The notes beneath the pieces were generated by a model. It was not told where the DNA came from, did not search any database, and saw only the letters and a list, made by a program, of their open reading frames with translations. A stretch of 62,964 nt of DNA, taken from NCBI GenBank assembly GCA_024405265.1, contig JAKSOZ010000006.1:1-62964 (forward strand), given 5' to 3'. Below are positions 36,751 through 47,154 of the stretch, one piece after another (position 1 is the first letter of the stretch; every line of letters begins with the position of its first letter). This DNA comes from Kiritimatiellia bacterium. GTDB taxonomy: Bacteria; Verrucomicrobiota; Kiritimatiellia; RFP12; UBA1067. The position numbers and the translations under genes were made by a program.

Positions 36751-38268
36751 TTATTCTTCCTCTTTATTAAGCTTCGGTAAATAGCCGTCAATAGCGACGG
36801 GAATTATGAAAAAGAGCGACATTACCGCCGGCGATCTGAGGGGACAGTCCCCGAAGGCGTGGATCATCGTCGCGACCATCGCCAAGAGCGCGGCGAAAGC
36901 GCCCGCAGGCAATGAAAAAATAACGATAGGGCTAGGCGGCCGTTTATCCTTCGGCGCGAACCGCGCGGCATTCACGAGTTTCTTCCACACAACGACCGTC
37001 GGTTTCAGCGCGAGTACGAAAAGCGCGACAATCAAGACGAAGCCGACCGTTCCATGCTCGGCTAGGAACTGGAGATAATCGTTATGAACGTTGATACCGC
37101 CGGTCTGCTGAATATGACGAAGTTCTTCGGCGGTCATCTTTGGAATACAAAAATGCTTATATCCCCAGCCTCCGCATCCGAAAAGCGGATACGTCTTCCA
37201 AATCTCCGTCGCCACTCGCGCATGATACTGCCCGCGACCGGAGACACGATCGAGAACACCGGTCGCATCGAGAGTGTTCACTTCGCGGCGCATATTCTCC
37301 GGCATGAAGACGGAGGCCAAGAACATGGCGAAAGCGAGCGCGGCGATCGCAATCACTCCGCGTTTCACCTTAGTAGCTTTCGAACGCTTCGAAAGAGTGG
37401 AAATGAACGTATAGAAAAAGAAGACGATCGCGAGCGACGTCACTAGCATAATCGCCGCGCGGGAAAGAGTGTTAAGCGCGCCGAAATAGAAAAGCGCCGC
37501 AGGAATAAGATGATAATTGACCTTCCAAAAATGGATCTTGATCTTACCGGCCCGCTTAGAAACGTCATCGCGATTCTTTTCTTCTTTGACTTCTGCGACA
37601 TGACTACGCCAAATACCTATCGCAAGCGCGAAAAGCGTCGTAAAGTAATCGCCGGCCATATTCGGATAGCCGAACGTCGAAAAGAAGTCGCCCGCCTTTC
37701 GCCCGTCCTCCAAAGTCGCCCATAGGGGACCGGGCGCACCGCTCGCCTGTTGGACGAAACCCAAGAGCGCCAAAACAGCTCCGTTCCAAACGATGATTTC
37801 CAACAACAATTTTTTGCCGCTTTTCGAGAGCGAGTGGCGCACGGCAATCATCATGACGACCGACGAGAAAAACCAACCGACCACGTTATAATGCTGCATC
37901 ACATTCACGCAAAACGGCATGAACTTAACCGGCGGCTCCGCCGACGCTCCGCTCATGATCGCGGGATAATCGCAAATCGGGCAAAGCCCTACGTTAATGA
38001 ACGGGATGAGCAACAAAACAAGGAACGAAAGTCCCACCCATACGAGCGGATCGCGGCGCATCTCCTTCCAAGCACGCGTTCTCGCTTCGCCGGACGTTTC
38101 GCCATAGCGGGATTGAGGGAAAACGAGCATGAGTTCGGCGGTGATAGCGACCATCCAAGGGACAAAAGAAACCAATAAATCACTACGCGTCCCGCCGTAA
38201 ATCCAAGCGAGAGCGCAAGTAAAAAACGCGACGACTATCGCGACGAGGTTATGGCTGAGAAACTGCAC
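36751..38268 (-). CDS. O-antigen ligase family membrane protein
   Basis: Multi-TM; [29 protein letters not shown]. Confidence 0.8.
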   Translation of the reverse strand: MQFLSHNLVAIVVAFFTCALAWIYGGTRSDLLVSFVPWMVAITAELMLVFPQSRYGETSGEARTRAWKEMRRDPLVWVGLSFLVLLLIPFINVGLCPICDYPAIMSGASAEPPVKFMPFCVNVMQHYNVVGWFFSSVVMMIAVRHSLSKSGKKLLLEIIVWNGAVLALLGFVQQASGAPGPLWATLEDGRKAGDFFSTFGYPNMAGDYFTTLFALAIGIWRSHVAEVKEEKNRDDVSKRAGKIKIHFWKVNYHLIPAALFYFGALNTLSRAAIMLVTSLAIVFFFYTFISTLSKRSKATKVKRGVIAIAALAFAMFLASVFMPENMRREVNTLDATGVLDRVSGRGQYHARVATEIWKTYPLFGCGGWGYKHFCIPKMTAEELRHIQQTGGINVHNDYLQFLAEHGTVGFVLIVALFVLALKPTVVVWKKLVNAARFAPKDKRPPSPIVIFSLPAGAFAALLAMVATMIHAFGDCPLRSPAVMSLFFIIPVAIDGYLPKLNKEEE

Positions 38269-39394
38269 TCGTATTCTCCACTCTAGTATGTATTGTATAA
38301 AATCTGACGCTATCGCGCAAGATTAAAATCGCCATCAATCCAAGCAAGACGACCATGAAAAAGAGCGAAAGATACTTGACGATAAAATCAGGAACGCGAC
38401 GGCGGAAAATAAGCGCGAACAACGCGAATAAGATAAGCCCGCCATCGAGAACCGGTATCGGCAGCAAGTTCAAGATTGCGAGATTGACGTTCAAATAACG
38501 CATGAAACCGAGACCATCACAAAAATCGCGTCGAACCTGACTGTAAAGGACGGTCGCTATCATAACGGGGCCTCCAAGCGCTTTACCTGTCGACTTCGCT
38601 TCTTTCGGCGTCGTCAGCCCCTTCAATACTCGGAAGATACTTCCCGCATCCCACTTAAGCTGCTCAATCGGATTACGATAAGGCATCCAAGCGGCCGCGC
38701 GAGTCTCGTTCGGCGTCGAATACGCCATGAGCAACGCCGCTCCCGAAACCTCGTCGATCTCGGGCGTGAGTTTAACCTTGAGCGTTTCTTCGCCGCGCTT
38801 GAGTTCGACTTCCGTCTCCTTCGCGCCGACTATTTGAACTTCGGTCTGAAGATCGGTCCAGCTCTTGACCGAGTGTCCGCCGATTGAAGTGATGATATCG
38901 CCCGCCATTATCCCCGCTTTCGCCGCTGGACCATCTTCGATAACACGACCGATTTCAGCCGAAACCACGCCGAATCTAGCCGACGGAATCAAAGCGAGCG
39001 CTACCGCCAAAACGACCGCGAATACGACGTTCATCATCGGACCCGCCAAAGCAACCACCAACTCCTGATAGGCGGGAATTTCTTTCTTTGCGAGCTTAAC
39101 ACCTTCACCTTGACCTTCAACCTTGACCTGCGAGCTTTCCAAAGCTCGCGTCCCCTCGGGATCGACATCGGGGATCGAGACATAACCGCCTAAGGGAATC
39201 GCGCTAAGACGATATTCGACGCCCTTGAAAGTCTTTTTATAAAGAACCGGACCGAAACCGACGGAGAAGGCCTCGACTTTAAGTCCGAATTTCAGCGCCG
39301 CAATCAAGTGCCCCGCTTCATGCACAATTACCGCGAGCGAAAAAAGCGCGATACAAACGATAATATAAAAAGTCGTAATGAGAATTTCCACCAT
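38249..39394 (-). CDS. rseP: RIP metalloprotease RseP
   Basis: HEAGH, PLGGYV, PDZ, NLLPIPVLDGG. Confidence 0.93.
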   Translation of the reverse strand: MVEILITTFYIIVCIALFSLAVIVHEAGHLIAALKFGLKVEAFSVGFGPVLYKKTFKGVEYRLSAIPLGGYVSIPDVDPEGTRALESSQVKVEGQGEGVKLAKKEIPAYQELVVALAGPMMNVVFAVVLAVALALIPSARFGVVSAEIGRVIEDGPAAKAGIMAGDIITSIGGHSVKSWTDLQTEVQIVGAKETEVELKRGEETLKVKLTPEIDEVSGAALLMAYSTPNETRAAAWMPYRNPIEQLKWDAGSIFRVLKGLTTPKEAKSTGKALGGPVMIATVLYSQVRRDFCDGLGFMRYLNVNLAILNLLPIPVLDGGLILFALFALIFRRRVPDFIVKYLSLFFMVVLLGLMAILILRDSVRFYTIHTRVENTSAVSQP

Positions 39395-40452
39395 TATCTA
39401 CCTTCCACCCAATCGGCCGCAGCCATGATCTCCTCGTACGAGGAACATTCAAAACGCGGCGCTTCCTCGAGGCATTTTTCAATAAACGCGGCAATATCGG
39501 TATACTTGATCTTACCGGCAATAAATTCGGCAACCGCTCGCTCGTCCGCGGCGGCCATGATCGCAGTAGCGCAACCGCCCATTTCGCACGCTTCCTTAAC
39601 GAGACGAAGGCAAGGGAAACGAACGGGATCGGGAGCGCGAAACGTGAGCGAAGCGAGCTTCGCGAGATCTAGTCGCGCACGTTCGGCGGTCAGACGCTTC
39701 GGGTAAGAAAGCGCGTACTGAATCGCGACGCGCATATCCGGCGGCGAAAGCTGCGCCATAGTCGCACCGTCCTTGAATGTAACGAGGCTATGAACGATCG
39801 ACTCGGGATGAACGACCGTATCGATATCGCGAACCGGGACATCGAAGAGCCAGCGCGCTTCGAGAATCTCGAAGCCCTTGTTCATCATCGTCGATGAGTC
39901 GATAGTAACTTTCGCTCCCATCTTCCACCTCGGATGATTAAGCGCCTCTTCGACCGAAACTTTCGACAAATCCTCAGGTCCATTCAAAAACGGGCCGCCG
40001 GACGCCGTCAAAATAAGCTTATCGACTTCGCTTACATCCCAACCGTTAAGACATTGGAAAATAGCGGAATGTTCGCTATCGACAGGAAGGAACTTGACGT
40101 TCTTCTCTTTCGCCTTGCGCGTGACGAGTTCGCCGGCCATGACCATAACTTCTTTCGTCGCGAGAGCGATATCCATTCCCTTTTCGATCGCGATCAAAGT
40201 AGGCTTGATACCGGAGACTCCAACAGTCGAAACGAGACAAATATCGGCGTCATTTTCTTCAACCGCTCTAACCGCGGCATCTTCGCCTACATACGCTTTA
40301 GCTCCGAATTCAGCGCTGAGAGCTTCGCATTTTTCCTTGCTACGCAAGGCCGACATGGCAACGATGCGAAAATCTTCTCTATGGGTACGAACGACATCGA
40401 TCGCGTTCATGCCGATCGAACCGGTCGCTCCTAAAATGATCAAGCTTTTCAC
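39394..40452 (-). CDS. dxr: 1-deoxy-D-xylulose-5-phosphate reductoisomerase
   Basis: LGATGSIG, PVDSEH, TASGGPF, HPRWKMG, DS.TMMNKG. Confidence 0.95.
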   Translation of the reverse strand: MKSLIILGATGSIGMNAIDVVRTHREDFRIVAMSALRSKEKCEALSAEFGAKAYVGEDAAVRAVEENDADICLVSTVGVSGIKPTLIAIEKGMDIALATKEVMVMAGELVTRKAKEKNVKFLPVDSEHSAIFQCLNGWDVSEVDKLILTASGGPFLNGPEDLSKVSVEEALNHPRWKMGAKVTIDSSTMMNKGFEILEARWLFDVPVRDIDTVVHPESIVHSLVTFKDGATMAQLSPPDMRVAIQYALSYPKRLTAERARLDLAKLASLTFRAPDPVRFPCLRLVKEACEMGGCATAIMAAADERAVAEFIAGKIKYTDIAAFIEKCLEEAPRFECSSYEEIMAAADWVEGR

Positions 40453-41423
40453 GAAAGGATATCCTCGAAAGGCTTCAAAGGACGCCCGCGCAAGAACGCC
40501 GCGCCATCCATAAGTGAGCTACCTTCCGGCTTTAGCTCGGTTAAAACGAGGGCGGTATCATGGCCCTTCACGACCGGTCCGTTCTTTTCGAGACGAATCA
40601 CGGTACCGGCAGCCACCTCCTTTTCGCGTTCGTTCACCTTCGCGAACTCGGCGCGAGTCACGACGACACGCCCCTGCATACCCTTCTTGCGGAAGCGCTC
40701 GGGCAAAAAGCTGAAACACCCGGGCCAAGGCGAATAAGCACGTATCTTACGTTCGATTTCGAGAACCGGCGAATCCCAAACGATATGGCCATCCTCTTTC
40801 TTGAGCTTCTTGACGTAGGTAGCATCGGCATGATTCTGGGGGATTTCGTTAGGTAGTTTACCCGCCTCCAAAAGCCTAAGCGCCTTCGCAAGCGCGACAC
40901 CACCCGCGATCGCAAGATCATCCATCAAGGCGCCTCCGGTCGTGTCGGGGTAAATCGGCTCGAAGCTCTGAAGCATTATGGGGCCATCATCAAGCTTTTC
41001 GCCCATGTGCATCACAGTCACGCCCGTCATTCGATCACCGGACAAAACCGAAGCGATAACCGGAGCCGCCCCACGATATTTAGGCAACAGCGAAAAATGG
41101 CAGTTAACGCAACCGAAACGCGGCAGATCAAGTAATTCCTTACGAAGAATCTGACCGTAAGCGACAACCGCGCATACATCGGGAGCCCAAGCCTTGATCT
41201 TAGCCATCGCCTCAGGCGAATTGACGCTCTCCGGCTTGATCACTTCCAGCGAAGCCTTCTCGGCGAATTGCGCAAGCGGATTCGCGGTAAGCGTCTTACC
41301 GCGACCCGCAGGACGATCGGGCTGAGTCACTACGCCGACGACTTCGAGCGTCTCCTCGCGCAAAAGCGCGCGAAGACACTCGGCGGAAGCCGCCGACGAA
41401 CCCATAAACACAACCCGCATCAT
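40449..41423 (-). CDS. fmt: Methionyl-tRNA formyltransferase
   Basis: VTQPDRPAGRG, VAYGQIL, HFSLLPKYRGAAP. Confidence 0.95.
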   Translation of the reverse strand: MMRVVFMGSSAASAECLRALLREETLEVVGVVTQPDRPAGRGKTLTANPLAQFAEKASLEVIKPESVNSPEAMAKIKAWAPDVCAVVAYGQILRKELLDLPRFGCVNCHFSLLPKYRGAAPVIASVLSGDRMTGVTVMHMGEKLDDGPIMLQSFEPIYPDTTGGALMDDLAIAGGVALAKALRLLEAGKLPNEIPQNHADATYVKKLKKEDGHIVWDSPVLEIERKIRAYSPWPGCFSFLPERFRKKGMQGRVVVTRAEFAKVNEREKEVAAGTVIRLEKNGPVVKGHDTALVLTELKPEGSSLMDGAAFLRGRPLKPFEDILS

Positions 41424-41439
41424 CTTACTTTCACTCTCC

Positions 41440-44400
41440 TTAGTGAATAGAAGCGTGGTAGCTCTGGAGGGAGCGGACTTCGCCCTTACCGCTCATCGCG
41501 GCGGCGATACCTTCGACAGCGGCCTGCGCGGCGGCGATCGTAGTAAGATAAGGAACTTTGTACTTGATCGCGTTCTGACGAATGCGCGAGTCATCGGCAC
41601 GAGCATCGCGGCGACCCGAAGGCGTGTTGATGATGAGCTTGACTTCGCGATTCTTGATCACGTCGAGAACATCGGGGCGGCCTTCGCCGATCTTGGCGAT
41701 AATCGAGCCCTTAACGCCCTTCTCATTCAAGAACTTGATCGTACCTTCAGTACCGACGATCTCGAATCCGAGCTGCGCGAAACGCTGAACGACTTCAACC
41801 GCGTCAGCGGGTTTATCGGAGAGCGAAACGAGGAGCTTGCCCCTCTCAATCGGCAGGGGCGAACCAGCGGCTTCCTGCGCCTTGAAGTAAGCGAGACCGA
41901 AAGTATCGGCAAGGCCCAAGACTTCGCCCGTCGAGCGCATTTCAGGGCCCAGGACAGGGTCGACTTCCGGGAACTTCTCGAAAGGCATGACCGCTTCTTT
42001 AACGCCGAAGTAAGGAACGACGTGCTTTTTATCGAGACCAAGCGACTTGACGGTAGATCCAAGCATAAGCTGAGTCGCGATACCGGCCATCTGAATACCG
42101 GCGACCTTCGAGACTAACGGAACCGTACGCGAGGCGCGCGGATTCGCTTCGATAACATAAACCTTACCGTTCTCGATCGCGAACTGCATATTCATAAGGC
42201 CAACGACCTTAAGCTCGGTCGCGATCTTACGCGTATATTCGAGAATCGTCGCTTTCGCGTCTTCGGGAATCGTAACGGGCGGCAGGACGCAGGCGGAGTC
42301 GCCGGAGTGAATACCCGCGAGTTCGACGTGCTGCATGATCGCCGGAATGAAGATATCGGTTCCGTCCGAGAGCGCGTCGGCTTCACACTCGAGCGCATGA
42401 CAAAGGAAACGGTCGAGATACAAGGGGCGATCGGGCGTAACGCCGACGGCCTTCGCGATATACTCCTTAAGCATGACCTCGTCATAAATGACTTCCATGC
42501 CGCGGCCACCGAGGACGAACGAGGGACGAATGATAAGCGGATAGCCGAGCTTTTCGGCGCACTTCATCGCGCCTTCGAGGTCGCTCGCCATCATCGACTC
42601 GGGCATCGGGATGCCGAGCTTATCCATCGTCGCGTGGAAGAGATCGCGATCTTCGGCGTCGTCGATCGAATCGACCGAAGTGCCGAGGATCTTACAACCG
42701 GCTTCCTGAAGACCGCGCGCGATGTTGAGCGGGGTCTGACCGCCGAACTGAACGATGATGCCCTCAGGCTTTTCAGCTTCGTAAATCTGGAGAACGTCTT
42801 CGACGGTAACGGGCTCGAAGTAGAGCTTATCGGACGTATCGTAGTCGGTCGAAACGGTTTCGGGGTTGCAGTTGACGATGATCGTCTCGTAGCCCATCTT
42901 CCTCATCGCCATCGCCGCGTGGCAGCAGCAATAGTCGAATTCGATACCCTGACCGATTCTGTTCGGGCCACCGCCCAAGATCATGACCTTCTTCGCGTTC
43001 TTCGAGACGGGCGCTTCGCCGAAGGCCGCGCGCGTTTCGTTAACTTCATGATAGGTTGAATAATAATAAGCCGCGTTTTCAACGCCCGAGACGGGAACCG
43101 CGAACCAACGTTCACGGCAACCCGCAGCCTTACGCTGATCGCGGATCGACTTCTCGCTAACTTCGAGAATCTGGGCGAGGTACTTATCCGAGAAACCGTC
43201 CTTCTTCGCCTGAACGAGGAGATCGGTCGGAAGCTCCTTACCCTTATAGCCGAGCATCTTTTCTTCAAGCTCGACGAGTTCGCGCATCTGCTGAACAAAG
43301 TACGCCTTAACGCCGCAGGCCTTGAAAATCTGCTCGTCGGTAGCGCCCTTACGAACGGCTTCATACATTTGGAAGTGACGCTCGGAGTTAGCGACGGAGA
43401 GCATCTTGAGGAGTTCTTCGAGGCTCTTTTCGTGGAAGTCCTTCGCGAAACCGAGACCCGAGCGACCACGTTCGAGCGCGCGAATCGCCTTCTGGAAAGT
43501 TTCCTTGTAAGTCTTGCCGATCGACATGACTTCGCCGACCGCCTTCATCTGAGTGCCGAGCTTATCTTCGACGCCGCGGAACTTCTCGAACGCCCAGCGC
43601 GAGAATTTAAGAACGACGTAATCGCCATCCGGGGTATACTTTTCAAGACTTCCGTCACGCCAGTAAGGAATCTGATCCATCGTCATGCCCGCGGCGAGTT
43701 TAGCCGAGACGAGCGCGATCGGGAAGCCGGTTGCCTTCGAAGCGAGAGCCGACGAGCGCGAAGTACGAGGATTGATTTCGATGATGACGACGCGACCCGA
43801 CTTAGGATCATGCGCGAACTGAACGTTCGTGCCGCCGATAACGCCGATCTTCTCGACGATCTTGAAAGCGTCGCGCTGGAGACGTTCCTGGAGCTCCTTC
43901 GAGATCGTGAGGAACGGCGCCGCGCAGAAGCTATCACCCGTGTGAACGCCGACCGCGTCGATATTTTCAATGAAGCAGACGGCAATCATCTGGTTCTTCG
44001 CGTCGCGAACGACTTCGACTTCAAGCTCTTCCCAGTTGAGAATCGATTCTTCGATAAGGCACTGATGAGTAAGCGAAGCGTCGAGACCGCGCGCGCAGAT
44101 CGTGCGGAGCTCTTCGATATTGTAGCAGAATCCGCCGCCGGCGCCGCCCATCGTGTACGCGGGGCGAACGACGACCGGGTAGCCGATCTTCGTCTCAACG
44201 AGCTCGACGGCCTCTTCAACGGAGTGGACGATACCCGAGCGAGGAGTTTCGATACCGAGCTCTTCCATCGTCGCCTTGAAGACTTCGCGGTCTTCGCCGC
44301 GCTCAATCGCGTCCAAGTTGACGCCGATGACCTTAACGCCGTACTTTTCGAGGATGCCCTTCTTCGAGAGCTCCATCGAAAGGTTAAGGCCCGTCTGTCC

Positions 44401-44670
44401 GCCGAGGTTAGGAAGAATCGCGTCAGGACGCTCCTTCGCGATGATCTGTTCGAGACGCGCGACATTCAAAGGTTCGATATACGTCGCGTCGGCCATAACG
44501 GGGTCCGTCATGATCGTCGCAGGGTTGGAATTCACGAGAACCACCTTGTACCCACAAGCATGAAGAGCCTTACAAGCCTGAGTTCCGGAATAGTCGAATT
44601 CGCAAGCCTGTCCGATAACGATCGGACCCGAACCGATGATCAAAACCTTGTTTACATCCGCGTGCTTCAT
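41440..44670 (-). CDS. carB: Carbamoyl-phosphate synthase large subunit
   Basis: GSGPIVIGQACEFDYSG, duplicated ATP-grasp, GPNRIGQGIEFDY, MGS domain. Confidence 0.97.
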   Translation of the reverse strand: MKHADVNKVLIIGSGPIVIGQACEFDYSGTQACKALHACGYKVVLVNSNPATIMTDPVMADATYIEPLNVARLEQIIAKERPDAILPNLGGQTGLNLSMELSKKGILEKYGVKVIGVNLDAIERGEDREVFKATMEELGIETPRSGIVHSVEEAVELVETKIGYPVVVRPAYTMGGAGGGFCYNIEELRTICARGLDASLTHQCLIEESILNWEELEVEVVRDAKNQMIAVCFIENIDAVGVHTGDSFCAAPFLTISKELQERLQRDAFKIVEKIGVIGGTNVQFAHDPKSGRVVIIEINPRTSRSSALASKATGFPIALVSAKLAAGMTMDQIPYWRDGSLEKYTPDGDYVVLKFSRWAFEKFRGVEDKLGTQMKAVGEVMSIGKTYKETFQKAIRALERGRSGLGFAKDFHEKSLEELLKMLSVANSERHFQMYEAVRKGATDEQIFKACGVKAYFVQQMRELVELEEKMLGYKGKELPTDLLVQAKKDGFSDKYLAQILEVSEKSIRDQRKAAGCRERWFAVPVSGVENAAYYYSTYHEVNETRAAFGEAPVSKNAKKVMILGGGPNRIGQGIEFDYCCCHAAMAMRKMGYETIIVNCNPETVSTDYDTSDKLYFEPVTVEDVLQIYEAEKPEGIIVQFGGQTPLNIARGLQEAGCKILGTSVDSIDDAEDRDLFHATMDKLGIPMPESMMASDLEGAMKCAEKLGYPLIIRPSFVLGGRGMEVIYDEVMLKEYIAKAVGVTPDRPLYLDRFLCHALECEADALSDGTDIFIPAIMQHVELAGIHSGDSACVLPPVTIPEDAKATILEYTRKIATELKVVGLMNMQFAIENGKVYVIEANPRASRTVPLVSKVAGIQMAGIATQLMLGSTVKSLGLDKKHVVPYFGVKEAVMPFEKFPEVDPVLGPEMRSTGEVLGLADTFGLAYFKAQEAAGSPLPIERGKLLVSLSDKPADAVEVVQRFAQLGFEIVGTEGTIKFLNEKGVKGSIIAKIGEGRPDVLDVIKNREVKLIINTPSGRRDARADDSRIRQNAIKYKVPYLTTIAAAQAAVEGIAAAMSGKGEVRSLQSYHASIH

Positions 44671-44715
44671 AAATATCCTTTCGATAAGAGAAAATTCTCG
44701 CTTTATCGAAATGGT

Positions 44716-44788
44716 ATTATATCATATTCTCCGCGTATTGTGAAGAATCCCTATGAGCCGGAAAAGGTACTATCTACTGGTTCAGCAA
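44716..44788 (-). promoter_or_regulatory. carB promoter (TTCACA-17-TATAAT, TG-extended) plus upstream 28-bp motif shared with guaB
   Basis: -35 at 44744-44739, -10 at 44721-44716; motif at 44761-44788. Confidence 0.6.
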
Positions 44789-44825
44789 AGAAAAGAGGAA
44801 GACCACCTTTTCTGCTAAGCTTATC

Positions 44826-45398
44826 TTAGTAGCCGATAGCGGTAATCGTGTCGGAAGCGGTGCGGTTGGCTTTGGATAGAACTTTATGGGCGACTTCGAA
44901 AGAGTTGTCGCGCTTTTGGACGAGCGACTGCAAAAGCGTCATGTTCTGTTGAAGATCGTTCGATTCGGTATCAAGCGCCTTTTGCACATCGTTTTGAAAA
45001 CGATAAGCTTCCGAATATATGATCTGTCCGTTCTCGTCCGTCTCTATCTCGGGAAGCACATATCTCAACAGAATCGCTTTCAAGTTCGCGATCTTCGTGG
45101 TCTCCACGTGGCTGACGCGCGAAGGAGATTGACTTTTCGGATCCATTGAAGCAAGCGCTTCGGTGAGCGTCGCGAGCGCTTCGCCGAGATCGTTGACCTT
45201 GACCTGACGAGCGTCGATGGTCTTATTCAGCGCCGGTAAGAGCGCTTCAATCGCCTCCGACTGCTGAAGCGACGCCATAGCGATAGCGGCGCTGAAATCG
45301 GCTTTCATACCGCCGATTTCGTAATCCTTGATTTGAACACCATAGACCAGCTCTTTTTTGAGCTGGTCCACGATCGGCTTAATCGGTAAATCCGCCAT
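44826..45398 (-). CDS. T3SS needle-tip/filament protein (SctA; Bsp22/SseB/EspA-like)
   Basis: C-terminal NDLQQNMTLLQSLVQKRDNSFE..K..TASDTITAI; directly downstream of the translocators. Confidence 0.65.
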   Translation of the reverse strand: MADLPIKPIVDQLKKELVYGVQIKDYEIGGMKADFSAAIAMASLQQSEAIEALLPALNKTIDARQVKVNDLGEALATLTEALASMDPKSQSPSRVSHVETTKIANLKAILLRYVLPEIETDENGQIIYSEAYRFQNDVQKALDTESNDLQQNMTLLQSLVQKRDNSFEVAHKVLSKANRTASDTITAIGY

Positions 45399-45404
45399 CT
45401 TCTC

Positions 45405-47102
45405 TTATGCCATTATGATGTTTTCGATAGTGGACGATTCCTTCTGGGTTACGGCTTCGAAAAGCTGAAACACCTTCTGGATAACCGAAAGCTCTTGTGC
45501 GAAGAGATCCTTGATCTGATCGAGCTGATCTTCCTGCATCTTCTGGTCGGCCTGAAGTTCGGTAGCCGAAGCGGAAATAAGTTCCTTGAAGCCGGTAATG
45601 AGCGTTTGCCCGAGCTGACCAAGCGCCTGGTTAGCGCTCATCGCGAACGCCAATCTCGCCTGGAGTTTGCCGAAATTGAGTTGATCGGCCTTCGTGATCG
45701 AACCTTCATGCGCTTCGGAAAGCATTTTGCTGGAACCTAGCGTAATCGTGTTGACGGTATTGTTATAATCAACGTGGCCGGACTTGATGATATTGTTGGC
45801 GACCTGAATTTGCTTGCCGCGCGTCAAAAGGAACTTACCCTCCGCAGCCCTTAATTTAGACTGCATCTCAGGTGAAAGCTTACCGTTTTTGGCGATTTCA
45901 TCATTAGCTTCGGCACGAACGGCCTTATATTCATTGGCCGCCGTCTCGACCGCCTTCTCGTTTTGATTGAGAATATACTCACCCTTCGCCTTTTCGAGCT
46001 CGGACACGGCGGTTTGCTGTTCGCTTGCGGCGGCCTTCAAGGCTTCCTGTCCCTTGGGGCTGTCGAGCGTATCGTTCGGACCCAAGCCAAGCTCTTGACG
46101 AAGTTCCGGCAACCGCTTAAACTGCGAAATCTCCTCCGTGAGTCTTTTGATCTCCGGAGTATTAAGTGCCTTCCGAGCAGCTGCCGCTTTCTGTTGCAGG
46201 CCCTGATCATTGGGATTGAGCTCAGCTTCCTTGATCACTTTCTCATAGGGCTTCTTGAGTTCGGATAAGGTCTTCTCCTTAACCGCGATGTTTTGCTCGG
46301 CGGTTAATCCCCCCTCCGACAGTTTATCTTCGATCCGGGCAATCTCACCGAACTTGTCCATCTTCGCCTTTGCGTCGGTAACCGCCTTAAATTGGCTTTT
46401 GCAGACGGACGGATCGGCCCGGTCGATAATCCCGGTATCGCTCGACTTAATATGCGCATCGGCATACTCGGTCTCGATCGAGCTGACCATCTTGTTGGTA
46501 GCAGGTTCATTACCGATAGTATTGGCGAGATTGTTTTGCTTCGTCATTATATCGACGCCGCCGCTCTTCATCATCGCGCTTTGCTTGCTCAAGTTCTTTA
46601 TGGAGACGCCGGTCGTAACCGCCGCGACTACCACCTGAATACCGCAGAGCACCGCTCCCGCGACCATCGACTGCATCGCGGCACTTCTCTGAATCGCCGC
46701 CTGAGCGCGGATGTTGGACTGAATCGTCTGATTCTCCATATTGCGGAGCTCACGGAGGCTATCGCGCATCTTCTGCGCCATTTCCTGCATGATATCCATA
46801 AGCGCATAGATATCGAACATTACCGGTTTACCGCGGAAAGAACCAAGGAGCGAATTGAGTTTCGCATTGAACGAGTGAATGTTCTCGTCCACCTTCTCGG
46901 TCGACATCTCGACGATACGCTCGAGCGTCGGAAGACCAAGCTTCGTGTAGACTTCATTCACCTCATTCAAAAACTGCACTTCCATGCCGGTCGTCAAAAC
47001 GGCCGAACTGCCCATTTTCGCGGTTCTACCGGTCTTATTGGACTCGTCGATACCTCTAAGGTAGCTCTCCGGCATGCTCCCGTAGTTAGTATTGATATTC
47101 AT
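45405..47102 (-). CDS. T3SS minor translocator (SctB/YopD-like), elongated
   Basis: FDIYALM..RELR..Q..QAA, one hydrophobic segment, C-terminal amphipathic helix; follows sctE. Confidence 0.7.
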   Translation of the reverse strand: MNINTNYGSMPESYLRGIDESNKTGRTAKMGSSAVLTTGMEVQFLNEVNEVYTKLGLPTLERIVEMSTEKVDENIHSFNAKLNSLLGSFRGKPVMFDIYALMDIMQEMAQKMRDSLRELRNMENQTIQSNIRAQAAIQRSAAMQSMVAGAVLCGIQVVVAAVTTGVSIKNLSKQSAMMKSGGVDIMTKQNNLANTIGNEPATNKMVSSIETEYADAHIKSSDTGIIDRADPSVCKSQFKAVTDAKAKMDKFGEIARIEDKLSEGGLTAEQNIAVKEKTLSELKKPYEKVIKEAELNPNDQGLQQKAAAARKALNTPEIKRLTEEISQFKRLPELRQELGLGPNDTLDSPKGQEALKAAASEQQTAVSELEKAKGEYILNQNEKAVETAANEYKAVRAEANDEIAKNGKLSPEMQSKLRAAEGKFLLTRGKQIQVANNIIKSGHVDYNNTVNTITLGSSKMLSEAHEGSITKADQLNFGKLQARLAFAMSANQALGQLGQTLITGFKELISASATELQADQKMQEDQLDQIKDLFAQELSVIQKVFQLFEAVTQKESSTIENIIMA

Positions 47103-47126
47103 ATCTTAAATTCCTTTCTTCATCCT

Positions 47127-47154
47127 GTATACGAATGAGCTTGAAAAAGGTTAC
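47127..47154 (-). promoter_or_regulatory. ECF-type promoter upstream of sctB
   Basis: GTAACC-TTTTTCAAGCTCATT-CGTATAC. Confidence 0.75.
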
